This document shows positions 9,043 through 15,919 of a DNA stretch of 20,000 nucleotides, piece after piece. The notes under the pieces are model-generated. The model saw only the letters and a program-made list of their open reading frames with translations. It had not been told where the DNA came from and ran no database searches. A program made the position numbers and the translations under genes. Position 1 is the first letter of the stretch; each line of letters starts with the position of its first letter. The DNA comes from an uncultured virus (IMG/VR IMGVR_UViG_3300046746_000620). Its lineage: Duplodnaviria > Heunggongvirae > Uroviricota > Caudoviricetes. The DNA lies in IMG/VR virus record IMGVR_UViG_3300046746_000620, positions 54,523 to 74,522 of that record; one strand, written 5' to 3'.

Positions 9043-9276
9043 ATGGATAAGATCAGAATCAATCATGTAATCGGAGTCAATGGACTTCTTGAATTTTCAC
9101 GCGACGAAAAGTCGGGCATATCCCTGTGGGAAGATGTTGCAAATAATGTTTGGACTTGGGATCAAATAGTCGAAGCATCTAAAGATGTAACAAATAAAGA
9201 AATCATCGACGCCATGAAAGTAGATGGACACATCACTGAGCCATGCGTAAATGATCTTTTAAATATACTAAAATAA
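9043..9276 (+). CDS. Hypothetical protein (77 aa, MDKIRINHV...)
   Basis: In frame with track ORF 8914..9276; start moved to the ATG that fits the promoter geometry. Confidence 0.7.
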   Translation: MDKIRINHVIGVNGLLEFSRDEKSGISLWEDVANNVWTWDQIVEASKDVTNKEIIDAMKVDGHITEPCVNDLLNILK

Positions 9277-9279
9277 AAT

Positions 9280-9308
9280 TTGCAATTATATCATAACTCG
9301 TTTACCTT
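9280..9308 (+). promoter_or_regulatory. Sigma70-type promoter, probably leaderless (ATG 9315)
   Basis: TTGCAA-N17-TACCTT-N6-ATG. Confidence 0.7.
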
Positions 9309-9314
9309 ATATAT

Positions 9315-9563
9315 ATGAAAGCTAATACAGACACCATCTCAATCGTTGACCTAATCGAAAACGAATCATATAAAAATCACCAAGCTTACAACTTAGCAAA
9401 AGCTCTCTTGGACATTGCGGTTCAAGCAAGATCCATAAAAAACACAGTTTCAGAAAACATTTCAGGCGATGGAAAAGTGTTCAATGAAAATGTTGATAAA
9501 TGGATGACCGAAATCAACAACATTGCAAACAATGTGGTAAGGGAAGAAATGTTAACCAAATAA
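9315..9563 (+). CDS. Hypothetical protein (82 aa)
   Basis: ORF track; has its own promoter. Confidence 0.8.
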   Translation: MKANTDTISIVDLIENESYKNHQAYNLAKALLDIAVQARSIKNTVSENISGDGKVFNENVDKWMTEINNIANNVVREEMLTK

Positions 9564-9577
9564 GGAGGGAATAAAAT

Positions 9578-9766
9578 ATGAATAAACAACAAATACTAGA
9601 AAAAATTTCCGCCCTTCACGAAAAACTCAAGAACTCTGTTCTTGCTCCTGCTGATGCCGTTGCTATCCGCAATGAAATCGGAGAGCTTGAGGATAAGGTC
9701 TCTCTTCTCGACTTTTACAACGACGAAGGGGATTATGATTATGGCTACCACTCCCAATGGGAGTAA
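9578..9766 (+). CDS. Hypothetical protein (62 aa)
   Basis: AAGGAGG SD upstream; its stop TAA is the first 3 nt of element 3. Confidence 0.8.
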   Translation: MNKQQILEKISALHEKLKNSVLAPADAVAIRNEIGELEDKVSLLDFYNDEGDYDYGYHSQWE

Positions 9767-9835
9767 GCCTTTGATAATCAACTACTTACATCGCCGCGCA
9801 GCCAAGCACCTAAGTGCTTGGCAGTCAACAACTTA
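9764..9835. repeat. Bipartite palindromic element, copy 3 (between convergent genes)
   Basis: TAAGCctttgataatcaactACTTA-catcgccgcGCAGCcaagcacc-TAAGTgcttggcagtcaacaACTTA. Confidence 0.95.
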
Positions 9836-10057
9836 CTCTTCTAGTAGCCATGCATCGAGAGCTTCTGTGTCGATGTCTGGGTCATCATATTGAGCCCCAT
9901 CAGGTGTGGACTCGAATCCATATTCAACTTTAAGATGTTCAACTAAATCTTTATAATATGCAAACCTGCGAGATAAAAAATAAAGATGTTCATCATTCCC
10001 TAACCAAAGAGCAACATTCCAGGTCGCCCAGTTTTTCCAGCCGTTGTAAGTATCCAT
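9833..10057 (-). CDS. Phage hypothetical protein (YNGWxNxxTWNVALW type)
   Basis: N-terminal YNGWKNWATWNVALWLGNDE and a TPDG motif; its stop overlaps the end of element 3. Confidence 0.85.
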   Translation of the reverse strand: MDTYNGWKNWATWNVALWLGNDEHLYFLSRRFAYYKDLVEHLKVEYGFESTPDGAQYDDPDIDTEALDAWLLEE

Positions 10058-10060
10058 AAT

Positions 10061-10246
10061 TTAATAAACGAGTTGTGAGTTAATAGCTAATTGATCAATC
10101 ATATCTTGAATATGTTCTTTTTCATTTTCTGCATTGATTACTAACTGCATCGAGTTAATACAACCTTGATCTGCGGCATCTGTCTCATTGTTAATAATCT
10201 GCTGAAGTTCGTTAATTCTGTTAAATAAATCTTTTAATGTTTCCAT
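10061..10246 (-). CDS. Hypothetical helical protein (61 aa)
   Basis: ORF track; has its own promoter. Confidence 0.75.
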   Translation of the reverse strand: METLKDLFNRINELQQIINNETDAADQGCINSMQLVINAENEKEHIQDMIDQLAINSQLVY

Positions 10247-10252
10247 GATAGT

Positions 10253-10281
10253 AAGATAATTAAAAATAGAAATAATTGCAA
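10253..10281 (-). promoter_or_regulatory. Sigma70-type promoter, probably leaderless (ATG 10246)
   Basis: TTGCAA-N17-TATCTT-N6-ATG. Confidence 0.75.
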
Positions 10282-10289
10282 GAAAAAAA

Positions 10290-10496
10290 TTAAAATTTTA
10301 ATGCTTTTAGCGATGTGTTTCTTTTTAACCATCTACGCAATGGGTGAAATGCTCTTGCACTAAAATGAGCGAGATACTGCTCTCCGTTTTTGGCAAGGAT
10401 CATATGCCCGCTTGCAGTTTCACGGATCTTTTCGATTTCAGGGCATTTCCGTAATTGTTTTAACACTTTGCGAGTTCCACTTTCTGAATGTTTCAT
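10290..10496 (-). CDS. Basic hypothetical protein (68 aa), possibly HicA-like
   Basis: Helix, then ASGH, beta strands and a C-terminal helix; size fits the HicA fold. Confidence 0.65.
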   Translation of the reverse strand: MKHSESGTRKVLKQLRKCPEIEKIRETASGHMILAKNGEQYLAHFSARAFHPLRRWLKRNTSLKALKF

Positions 10497-10502
10497 AAGT
10501 AC

Positions 10503-10531
10503 AAGCTAAAGCAAAAAATAAAAATACACAA
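10503..10531 (-). promoter_or_regulatory. Sigma70-type promoter, probably leaderless (ATG 10496)
   Basis: TTGTGT-N17-TAGCTT-N6-ATG; 26 bp from element 4. Confidence 0.65.
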
Positions 10532-10557
10532 GAAAAAAGTGAATAAAAATGCTTTCG

Positions 10558-10630
10558 TAAGTCTTTGATTATAAAGCTTTTAAGGGTTAACGCAGCCGAC
10601 TGCCCTAAGTGCTTGATAATCAACTACTTA
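10558..10630. repeat. Bipartite palindromic element, copy 4
   Basis: TAAGTctttgattataaagcTTTTA-agggttaacGCAGCcgactgccc-TAAGTgcttgataatcaactACTTA. Confidence 0.95.
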
Positions 10631-10710
10631 GGACAGCCACACATGCAGACTACGACAACTAATACGACTAAAAAATTATTTGCGAGTTTTCGTATTTGCT
10701 ATTTTTAGTT

Positions 10711-10767
10711 TTAATCTTTTGTATATATATATAATAGTATTGACAAGATAATAATTATTGGAATCAT
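10711..10767 (-). CDS. Putative 18 aa hydrophobic micropeptide MIPIIIILSILLYIYTKD
   Basis: ATGA overlap with 10764..10841; similar to 7644..7694. Confidence 0.5.
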   Translation of the reverse strand: MIPIIIILSILLYIYTKD

Positions 10768-10841
10768 TCTTCTTTTAAATCTTGCCACATTAAGTAAAAA
10801 ACAAAAAGCCAAGGAGTGAAAAATAATAATTCAACTATCAT
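10764..10841 (-). CDS. Putative 25 aa membrane peptide MIVELLFFTPWLFVFYLMWQDLKEE
   Basis: Overlaps the end of 10831..11094 with AAAGGA upstream; hydrophobic core and charged tail. Confidence 0.5.
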   Translation of the reverse strand: MIVELLFFTPWLFVFYLMWQDLKEE

Positions 10842-11094
10842 AATATATTCCTTTCATTTCATCGGATAATCCGATTTCTTCATCTTCCTCATCAACATCT
10901 TCAGCGACATCAGTAAGTAAGAATTGAGTTTCATCTGTAATGTCATCTCTCTCGACATCTTTTAATCCATGCTCGACAACTAATTGTTCTGCTTGTAAGT
11001 CTGCGACTAATTCTAATACTGAGGAATCAGTTGGCAAACCTTTGGATTCACGATGTGCGTTAGCGATAACTGCGAGTCTTTGTTCTTCTGTCAT
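10831..11094 (-). CDS. Highly acidic hypothetical protein (87 aa)
   Basis: ORF track; DVAEDVDEEDEE tract; has its own promoter. Confidence 0.8.
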   Translation of the reverse strand: MTEEQRLAVIANAHRESKGLPTDSSVLELVADLQAEQLVVEHGLKDVERDDITDETQFLLTDVAEDVDEEDEEIGLSDEMKGIYYDS

Positions 11095-11100
11095 AGTAAT

Positions 11101-11129
11101 AATATAGTTTAGTTTTGTTTAGTCGTCAA
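11101..11129 (-). promoter_or_regulatory. Sigma70-type promoter, probably leaderless (ATG 11094)
   Basis: TTGACG-N17-TATATT-N6-ATG. Confidence 0.8.
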
Positions 11130-11514
11130 GCCCTAATTCTCTTCTAAATTCTGCTTTGTCTTCAATTAGCTCATCAACCCAAACGCTTCCTTCGACTTGA
11201 GCTTTTGCCATTAGGATAGATACTTGAGCAGGAGATTGCCAACCGACAACATCATCAGAAGGAGAAAGAGGAATCATGCCGTTTTTATCGTAGATTGCAA
11301 CTTCGTACAAACCTTCTTTTAAGCTTCCATATAATCCTTTATAGTCATCTTTACCTGCAATAACAGAAATTTCTAGTCCGTTGCCAAAGTCAAGTTTTGC
11401 ATGGACTGCTTCATCATGATAACGATGTGGTTTAAAATCAAGATCGTCAAAGTCTAGCATTGAAGGTTTTGGTTGAAATTGTGAGATTGAGTTTGGTATG
11501 TCGTAGTTAATCAT
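11119..11514 (-). CDS. Phage hypothetical protein (FGNGLEISV...GLYEVAI...DDVVGW type)
   Basis: ORF track; motif pattern recalled from other phage early genes. Confidence 0.85.
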   Translation of the reverse strand: MINYDIPNSISQFQPKPSMLDFDDLDFKPHRYHDEAVHAKLDFGNGLEISVIAGKDDYKGLYGSLKEGLYEVAIYDKNGMIPLSPSDDVVGWQSPAQVSILMAKAQVEGSVWVDELIEDKAEFRRELGLDD

Positions 11515-11520
11515 ATAAAC

Positions 11521-11549
11521 ACATTAAACTCTTTTAACAATTAACGCAA
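11521..11549 (-). promoter_or_regulatory. Sigma70-type promoter, probably leaderless (ATG 11514)
   Basis: TTGCGT-N17-TAATGT-N6-ATG; 27 bp from element 5. Confidence 0.7.
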
Positions 11550-11576
11550 GAAAAAACTTAAATAAAAATGCTTTCG

Positions 11577-11648
11577 TAAGTCGTTAACTGTTAGGCAGTT
11601 AGCTTTGGCGGCAGCCAGCCACCTAAGTGATTGACTATAAAGGATTTA
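11577..11648. repeat. Bipartite palindromic element, copy 5
   Basis: TAAGTcgttaactgttaggcAGTTA-gctttggcgGCAGCcagccacc-TAAGTgattgactataaaggATTTA. Confidence 0.9.
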
Positions 11649-11649
11649 C

Positions 11650-11853
11650 CTATCTTAATACTGTTGTCAACTCATTTTGAAATTTTTTTGCTTCAACTAA
11701 ATCTTTTAAGTCAAAACTAATTGCAACAAGATTGTCGTTAATATTCTTCATTACCTTGACAAGGTCGTCCATGTTTGCATAACGTCTATGCTCTAACATC
11801 TCATCTGATAATCCGTCAATGGCTTGTTTAATTCCTTTTAATTCTTCTTTCAT
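11650..11853 (-). CDS. Hypothetical coiled-coil protein (67 aa)
   Basis: ORF track; stop lies 1 nt from element 5. Confidence 0.75.
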   Translation of the reverse strand: MKEELKGIKQAIDGLSDEMLEHRRYANMDDLVKVMKNINDNLVAISFDLKDLVEAKKFQNELTTVLR

Positions 11854-11854
11854 T

Positions 11855-12010
11855 TTAATGTTTACCTTTCTTTATAAAATTTTCTAAATAATATGCAACC
11901 CACTCAATAGCTTCATTTTGTTTTGATGCCTCCTCTTTCATTTCAGGATCGTCAATAACGTTTTGATTGGCTAGGTCTAATACAATTTCTAATGCTGTTG
12001 TGATATTCAT
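11855..12010 (-). CDS. Hypothetical protein (51 aa; MNITTALEIVLDLANQNVIDD...)
   Basis: Hand-translated; ATGA overlap with the upstream gene and fills the gap. Confidence 0.7.
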   Translation of the reverse strand: MNITTALEIVLDLANQNVIDDPEMKEEASKQNEAIEWVAYYLENFIKKGKH

Positions 12011-12420
12011 GATATATAAGCTGTTACTTTGTTGTGTGTTAATAAAACTTCGTCCGCATAGTACGCAAACCTTTCGGTGTCCTTCTCAACGAAAGTTTCA
12101 TACTTGTAGGGATTGTACGTTACCTCGACTTCCCTAGTGGCAACTTGTGGATTACGAGATACATTTTCTGCATCTTGAAGATACCCTTTGACAAAAGCAT
12201 GAACATTCTTACGCTTCTCTCGAAGAACTTTTTCTCTGCCCTTAATATCGACATGAAAATAGCAATCCCATAATCCAATAGCATGATCCTTTGGGATATG
12301 AGCTTTGACTAATCCATGTTGCTTAATGCTCCAACAATCTTTGTGAAGATTCTTGTAAACATAAACAGGGCGATTCTTTTTAATTCTATATCGTGGGTCT
12401 TGCTGGTTTCTTAGTATCAT
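12007..12420 (-). CDS. Phage hypothetical protein (VYxNLH...GREKVLREKRKNVHAFV...YNPY type)
   Basis: Motif pattern recalled from other phages; function unknown. Confidence 0.85.
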   Translation of the reverse strand: MILRNQQDPRYRIKKNRPVYVYKNLHKDCWSIKQHGLVKAHIPKDHAIGLWDCYFHVDIKGREKVLREKRKNVHAFVKGYLQDAENVSRNPQVATREVEVTYNPYKYETFVEKDTERFAYYADEVLLTHNKVTAYIS

Positions 12421-12426
12421 GTAGAC

Positions 12427-12455
12427 ATACTAAGCCATTTTTTTAATTATAGCAA
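12427..12455 (-). promoter_or_regulatory. Sigma70-type promoter, probably leaderless (ATG 12420)
   Basis: TTGCTA-N17-TAGTAT-N6-ATG; 27 bp from element 6. Confidence 0.75.
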
Positions 12456-12482
12456 GAAAAAAGTTTAGTAATTTTACTTACC

Positions 12483-12554
12483 TAAGTATCTTGTATTCAA
12501 GTACTTATGTTTTTGCGCAGCCGCCGCCACAAGTGCTTGATAATCAAGGCTTTA
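12483..12554. repeat. Bipartite palindromic element, copy 6
   Basis: TAAGTatcttgtattcaagtACTTA-tgtttttgcGCAGCcgccgcca-CAAGTgcttgataatcaaggCTTTA. Confidence 0.92.
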
Positions 12555-12731
12555 GTACCCTAACCACTCAAGAACTTTTTGGGCTGAGTACCCTTCCTTG
12601 TCACCCATGTCTTCAAAAAATTCAATAATTTCCTCACTGGAAGTAATGCCGTGCCTGGCTAATTCCTCTAAGGCACGATCTTGTGAAATGTCAATTCCTT
12701 GGGCTGAGTCAAAATAAGTTTCTTCATTCAT
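12552..12731 (-). CDS. Acidic hypothetical protein (59 aa; MNEETYFDSAQGIDIS...EWLGY)
   Basis: Hand-translated; its stop TAA is the outer end of element 6. Confidence 0.75.
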   Translation of the reverse strand: MNEETYFDSAQGIDISQDRALEELARHGITSSEEIIEFFEDMGDKEGYSAQKVLEWLGY

Positions 12732-12746
12732 GGCTTTAATTATAGA

Positions 12747-13472
12747 TTAATGAGCTAAATATGCAATACCTTTTTTGCATCCTTTGATAAAACATAAGTT
12801 GCAATTATGAGCTTTACAAGTTGCAAGAACCTTGCCGTCTTCGCCCTTAACATAAGTTGCGGGGCAAACAAAATGACCATCTTGCTCGGCTTGCTCTTTT
12901 GAGCTATAGACGGAAGTTCCCGCATCTAGACCATCGATTTGTGGAGCGGGTTCATCAACATACAAGGCACTTGGTTTTAAGCATACATTCTTTAAACTTG
13001 CGAGCTTGCGAAGTGAAGGTAATTGACTATCCCTTGCCCACTCACGAGTTGGAAACCAAAAGCGAATGGTGGGAAAGTTTTCGCAAATCTTAATCCACGC
13101 CTCAATATACTTTGGGGAAAACAAGTCGCCTGAATCATGAACGCGAAAAAGATCTGTGTTGACATTCTTTAAAACTTTTTTGTTGCCTTGCTTGTCAAAA
13201 TACTTTGCGGTAATTTGCTTGGATATCTCATTTACAAAAGTTTGCCCATTGTCTCGATGCAAAGACTTGGTGACAAAATTTGCCTTGTCTTGCAAACTTT
13301 GTTTAACATTGTTAAACATATAAAAACCTTTGCAAGCATAACAAGCATCACAAATAAACTTTTTTGCTTTGTCTTTGACTTTTGCCATAAGTTGAGCTGC
13401 TGGGCAATACTTGAAAGCGGGAATGTTAAAGCCTAAGCAAGGCATTTTAGAAGGATTTGATAGTAAGTTCAT
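12747..13472 (-). CDS. Gp88-like protein (mycobacteriophage gene 88 family; Cys-rich)
   Basis: SKMPCLGFNIPA..CP, ICDACYACKG.Y, FRVHDSGD, FWFPTRE and C-terminal CPA...CxxxxCxxC. Confidence 0.75.
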   Translation of the reverse strand: MNLLSNPSKMPCLGFNIPAFKYCPAAQLMAKVKDKAKKFICDACYACKGFYMFNNVKQSLQDKANFVTKSLHRDNGQTFVNEISKQITAKYFDKQGNKKVLKNVNTDLFRVHDSGDLFSPKYIEAWIKICENFPTIRFWFPTREWARDSQLPSLRKLASLKNVCLKPSALYVDEPAPQIDGLDAGTSVYSSKEQAEQDGHFVCPATYVKGEDGKVLATCKAHNCNLCFIKGCKKGIAYLAH

Positions 13473-13478
13473 AATAGT

Positions 13479-13507
13479 AAACTAAAATAATTTTAACAAT
13501 TATGCAA
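13479..13507 (-). promoter_or_regulatory. Sigma70-type promoter, probably leaderless (ATG 13472)
   Basis: TTGCAT-N17-TAGTTT-N6-ATG. Confidence 0.75.
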
Positions 13508-13700
13508 GCGAAAAAATAAGATCTTCAAAGAAATCTGGTTCTAAGCCGAATTCGCTGGTAAATGTCTCTTCCCATTCAAACGGATCTCCGCCCATTGCAA
13601 TGTCTTCAGACATTTCACGAAAAAAGGTTGCGGTTTGGTGAATAGCATCTTCACGGGAAAGCCCGTCACGCTCCATAAGTATCTTGATTATTCTTTTCAT
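13500..13700 (-). CDS. Phage hypothetical protein (ILMERDGLSREDA...FGLEPDF)
   Basis: ORF track; has its own promoter. Confidence 0.8.
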   Translation of the reverse strand: MKRIIKILMERDGLSREDAIHQTATFFREMSEDIAMGGDPFEWEETFTSEFGLEPDFFEDLIFSLA

Positions 13701-13706
13701 GATAAC

Positions 13707-13735
13707 AATATCTCACAAAAAATAATTTAACGCAA
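13707..13735 (-). promoter_or_regulatory. Sigma70-type promoter, probably leaderless (ATG 13700)
   Basis: TTGCGT-N17-GATATT-N6-ATG; 26 bp from element 7. Confidence 0.6.
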
Positions 13736-13761
13736 GAAAAAATGAATTAAAAATACATCCG

Positions 13762-13833
13762 TAAACCCTTGATGCTTAAGCAGTTAGCTCGCGCCGCAGC
13801 CGCTTCCATAAGTGCTTAATAATCAAATACTTG
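13762..13833. repeat. Bipartite palindromic element, copy 7
   Basis: TAAACccttgatgcttaagcAGTTA-gctcgcgccGCAGCcgcttcca-TAAGTgcttaataatcaaatACTTG. Confidence 0.9.
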
Positions 13834-13852
13834 TGAAACACTAAATCAACCC

Positions 13853-13880
13853 AAAAAAAAAGCCCCCCAATCGGGGGGCT
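13853..13880 (-). terminator. Rho-independent terminator after the DUF932 gene
   Basis: AGCCCCCC-aatc-GGGGGGCT 8 bp stem followed by a U8 run on the minus strand. Confidence 0.85.
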
Positions 13881-13903
13881 AAAACGAAACAACAAACCAA
13901 TAT

Positions 13904-14776
13904 TTAAACCTCTATCAATTCGCCCTCAGCAACTTCTATGTCAATAGTATTATCAACATGATTATCTATATCGAAATCGACATAACTATCGAGAACAGAA
14001 TGAAGAGCGTCTGAACGATTTGGCAAGGCAACTAAGTTACCTTTATAAATTTCAGTAAAAGCATTATAGAGAGAATTTACATTACGATCCTTAAATTCTA
14101 AATGGTCACTTGACTCCCATTGATCTGCCACATCAAGAATTTTTGACTTAGGTAAAGCCCCTGCACGAACTGCTTTGATGATTAAATCATGAGCAAGAAC
14201 ATTCCCGATAGAATGATTTTTATAAGCATTGATTCTTTCATCTTGTCCATGCCAAAAGCCAAACAATTTACCCAAAGCACGATTGATCATAAAATCAAGA
14301 TCGTTAAGTATGTTGCGAGTATGTCTACGAGCAAGTTTAATAGTGTTTGTGAAAATTAAATTATCGCAAACAAATGGAGCATCACCTGCGCAAAGTCCTG
14401 CAGGAAAAGTTTTGTCATGAGAATTGCGAACTCCTACGACACAACCACGATCTGATTCGTCACGATCAGGATGATCAACAGAGAATAGACCAAAGTAATG
14501 TTGGTTATCTCTAGCGAGAGAATGTAATTCGTCTTGAATAGTAAACCCTCTCTTGACAAGAGAATCTTTAGTACGAACAACAAGCTCGTCATGAGCAATG
14601 GGCTGATGAGAAACGGCAAGCTCACCTGTTCTCTTGTTTGGTTTGTTGCGCATTGTAGGTAATGGAGTTGGTACTGCTTGTACTTGATCAAAATCTACGA
14701 TTGTGCGATTGCCTCCACAAATGTGTAAATCTACGGATTTGCGAGGAGCGGTATTAGTGTTTTCTTCTGTATTCAT
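13904..14776 (-). CDS. DUF932-family protein
   Basis: HQPIAH, GVRNSHDKTF, FVCDNLIF, RRHT and SLYNAFTE motifs. Confidence 0.8.
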   Translation of the reverse strand: MNTEENTNTAPRKSVDLHICGGNRTIVDFDQVQAVPTPLPTMRNKPNKRTGELAVSHQPIAHDELVVRTKDSLVKRGFTIQDELHSLARDNQHYFGLFSVDHPDRDESDRGCVVGVRNSHDKTFPAGLCAGDAPFVCDNLIFTNTIKLARRHTRNILNDLDFMINRALGKLFGFWHGQDERINAYKNHSIGNVLAHDLIIKAVRAGALPKSKILDVADQWESSDHLEFKDRNVNSLYNAFTEIYKGNLVALPNRSDALHSVLDSYVDFDIDNHVDNTIDIEVAEGELIEV

Positions 14777-14782
14777 GATAGT

Positions 14783-14811
14783 AATATAATAGTTTTAATG
14801 TTTTTTGTCAA
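14783..14811 (-). promoter_or_regulatory. Sigma70-type promoter, probably leaderless (ATG 14776)
   Basis: TTGACA-N17-TATATT-N6-ATG (near consensus). Confidence 0.85.
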
Positions 14812-14814
14812 GAG

Positions 14815-15048
14815 TTAATTTTTAGAATATTGGTTTTCTTCTGAGGTTAGCATTTCAAATGCATAAGCTTTTTTAGCTATATCTCGTAAGGCTAAACCAA
14901 CCCAACTAATTTCATCTAAATCTTCTACGGAAAGATTTTTAGCATGAGGTGTTACTAGAATATCCCAAATGGATTTCATGCAATCTTTGTTTAGCTCTAA
15001 AGAGTTGAAATCGGGCAACTCATCCACATTTTGTTTAATTACATACAT
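14815..15048 (-). CDS. Hypothetical protein (77 aa)
   Basis: AAGGAG SD upstream; ORF track. Confidence 0.75.
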   Translation of the reverse strand: MYVIKQNVDELPDFNSLELNKDCMKSIWDILVTPHAKNLSVEDLDEISWVGLALRDIAKKAYAFEMLTSEENQYSKN

Positions 15049-15163
15049 AGTTTAGATTCTCCTTGTGTTTTAGTTTTCTGTGTATCGTTTTAGTTTTGAC
15101 TTTGTGAGGTCTTGATTTAGTGAAAAGAATGGTTTTTCTGATCTTAATGTCTCTCGCTTTCAT
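15035..15163 (-). CDS. Very basic 42 aa protein MKARDIKIRKTILFTKSRPHKVKTKTIHRKLKHKENLNYVCN
   Basis: Hand-translated; ATG lies exactly 6 nt after the predicted -10 box. Confidence 0.7.
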   Translation of the reverse strand: MKARDIKIRKTILFTKSRPHKVKTKTIHRKLKHKENLNYVCN

Positions 15164-15169
15164 GTAAAC

Positions 15170-15198
15170 ATACTAAGCTAATTTTTTAATTATAGCAA
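15170..15198 (-). promoter_or_regulatory. Sigma70-type promoter, probably leaderless (ATG 15163)
   Basis: TTGCTA-N17-TAGTAT-N6-ATG; near copy of the 12427 promoter; 28 bp from element 8. Confidence 0.75.
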
Positions 15199-15226
15199 GA
15201 AAAATAACAAATAATTTTAACTTTTT

Positions 15227-15298
15227 TAATTCCTTGTGTATCAAGCACTTAGAGCGCGCGGCAGCCAGCCACATAAGTGACTGATAATCAAAAGGTTA
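15227..15298. repeat. Bipartite palindromic element, copy 8
   Basis: TAATTccttgtgtatcaagcACTTA-gagcgcgcgGCAGCcagccaca-TAAGTgactgataatcaaaaGGTTA. Confidence 0.92.
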
Positions 15299-15457
15299 TG
15301 ATCTACCTGAATAAAGCTTATATAATAGATTGTCGTGCATCGCTCTTTTTTCCTTATAATCTTTCGATTGGTCCCCCGCTTGCTCTCTAATGGCTAGCAT
15401 GTGACCTAATTTTCTTACAATTTGCTTTAAGGTTAAGACTTCTTTATTTTTTTTCAT
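15296..15457 (-). CDS. Hypothetical protein (53 aa; MKKNKEVLTLKQIVRK...SGRS)
   Basis: Hand-translated; its stop TAA is the outer end of element 8. Confidence 0.7.
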   Translation of the reverse strand: MKKNKEVLTLKQIVRKLGHMLAIREQAGDQSKDYKEKRAMHDNLLYKLYSGRS

Positions 15458-15459
15458 AA

Positions 15460-15690
15460 TTAGATTTTATTAAGAGATATAATTTGGTCGTATCGAAAGG
15501 ATCGTATGCCGTCCCTATTTAGACAAAAAGATCTAAAGCCAACAACCCCCCTTCCTTCTTGTTGATTGCCAAACTCATTTTCGTGCTGAGGTTTGGTTAT
15601 TGTGTACATTTCAGTTCTGCCGTCTTTAGTCTGATAAACAACTTGATATAACGGATTAAACCAACGATAAATTTTAGTCAATAATTTCAT
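15460..15690 (-). CDS. Small WYL-like domain protein
   Basis: YQVVYQTKDGRTE...FCLNRDGIRSFRYDQIISL resembles the WYL signature C..R...RxFRxDRI; start moved to MKLLTK (GAGAGG SD). Confidence 0.55.
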   Translation of the reverse strand: MKLLTKIYRWFNPLYQVVYQTKDGRTEMYTITKPQHENEFGNQQEGRGVVGFRSFCLNRDGIRSFRYDQIISLNKI

Positions 15691-15919
15691 CTTCGACATC
15701 CTCTCTTGCGGGGTTTTGGTTGTAGTGATTGTAAGCATCGCAAGCTGAATCTGCCGACTCGAAACTCACGGATAGAATATCTCTTGGAATATCGTACGGA
15801 AACCAAGGTGTTTCTGATTCTTCAAAAAATAATTCCCATTGCTCAGTATCTTCGTTGTATTCAGGTAAATCTAGCGGACTGCCGATGCAGGTTGCTTCTA
15901 TGTAATTATTCATTTTCAT
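15674..15919 (-). CDS. Acidic hypothetical protein (about 81 aa)
   Basis: ORF track; overlaps both neighbours. Confidence 0.75.
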   Translation of the reverse strand: MKMNNYIEATCIGSPLDLPEYNEDTEQWELFFEESETPWFPYDIPRDILSVSFESADSACDAYNHYNQNPAREDVEDEIID

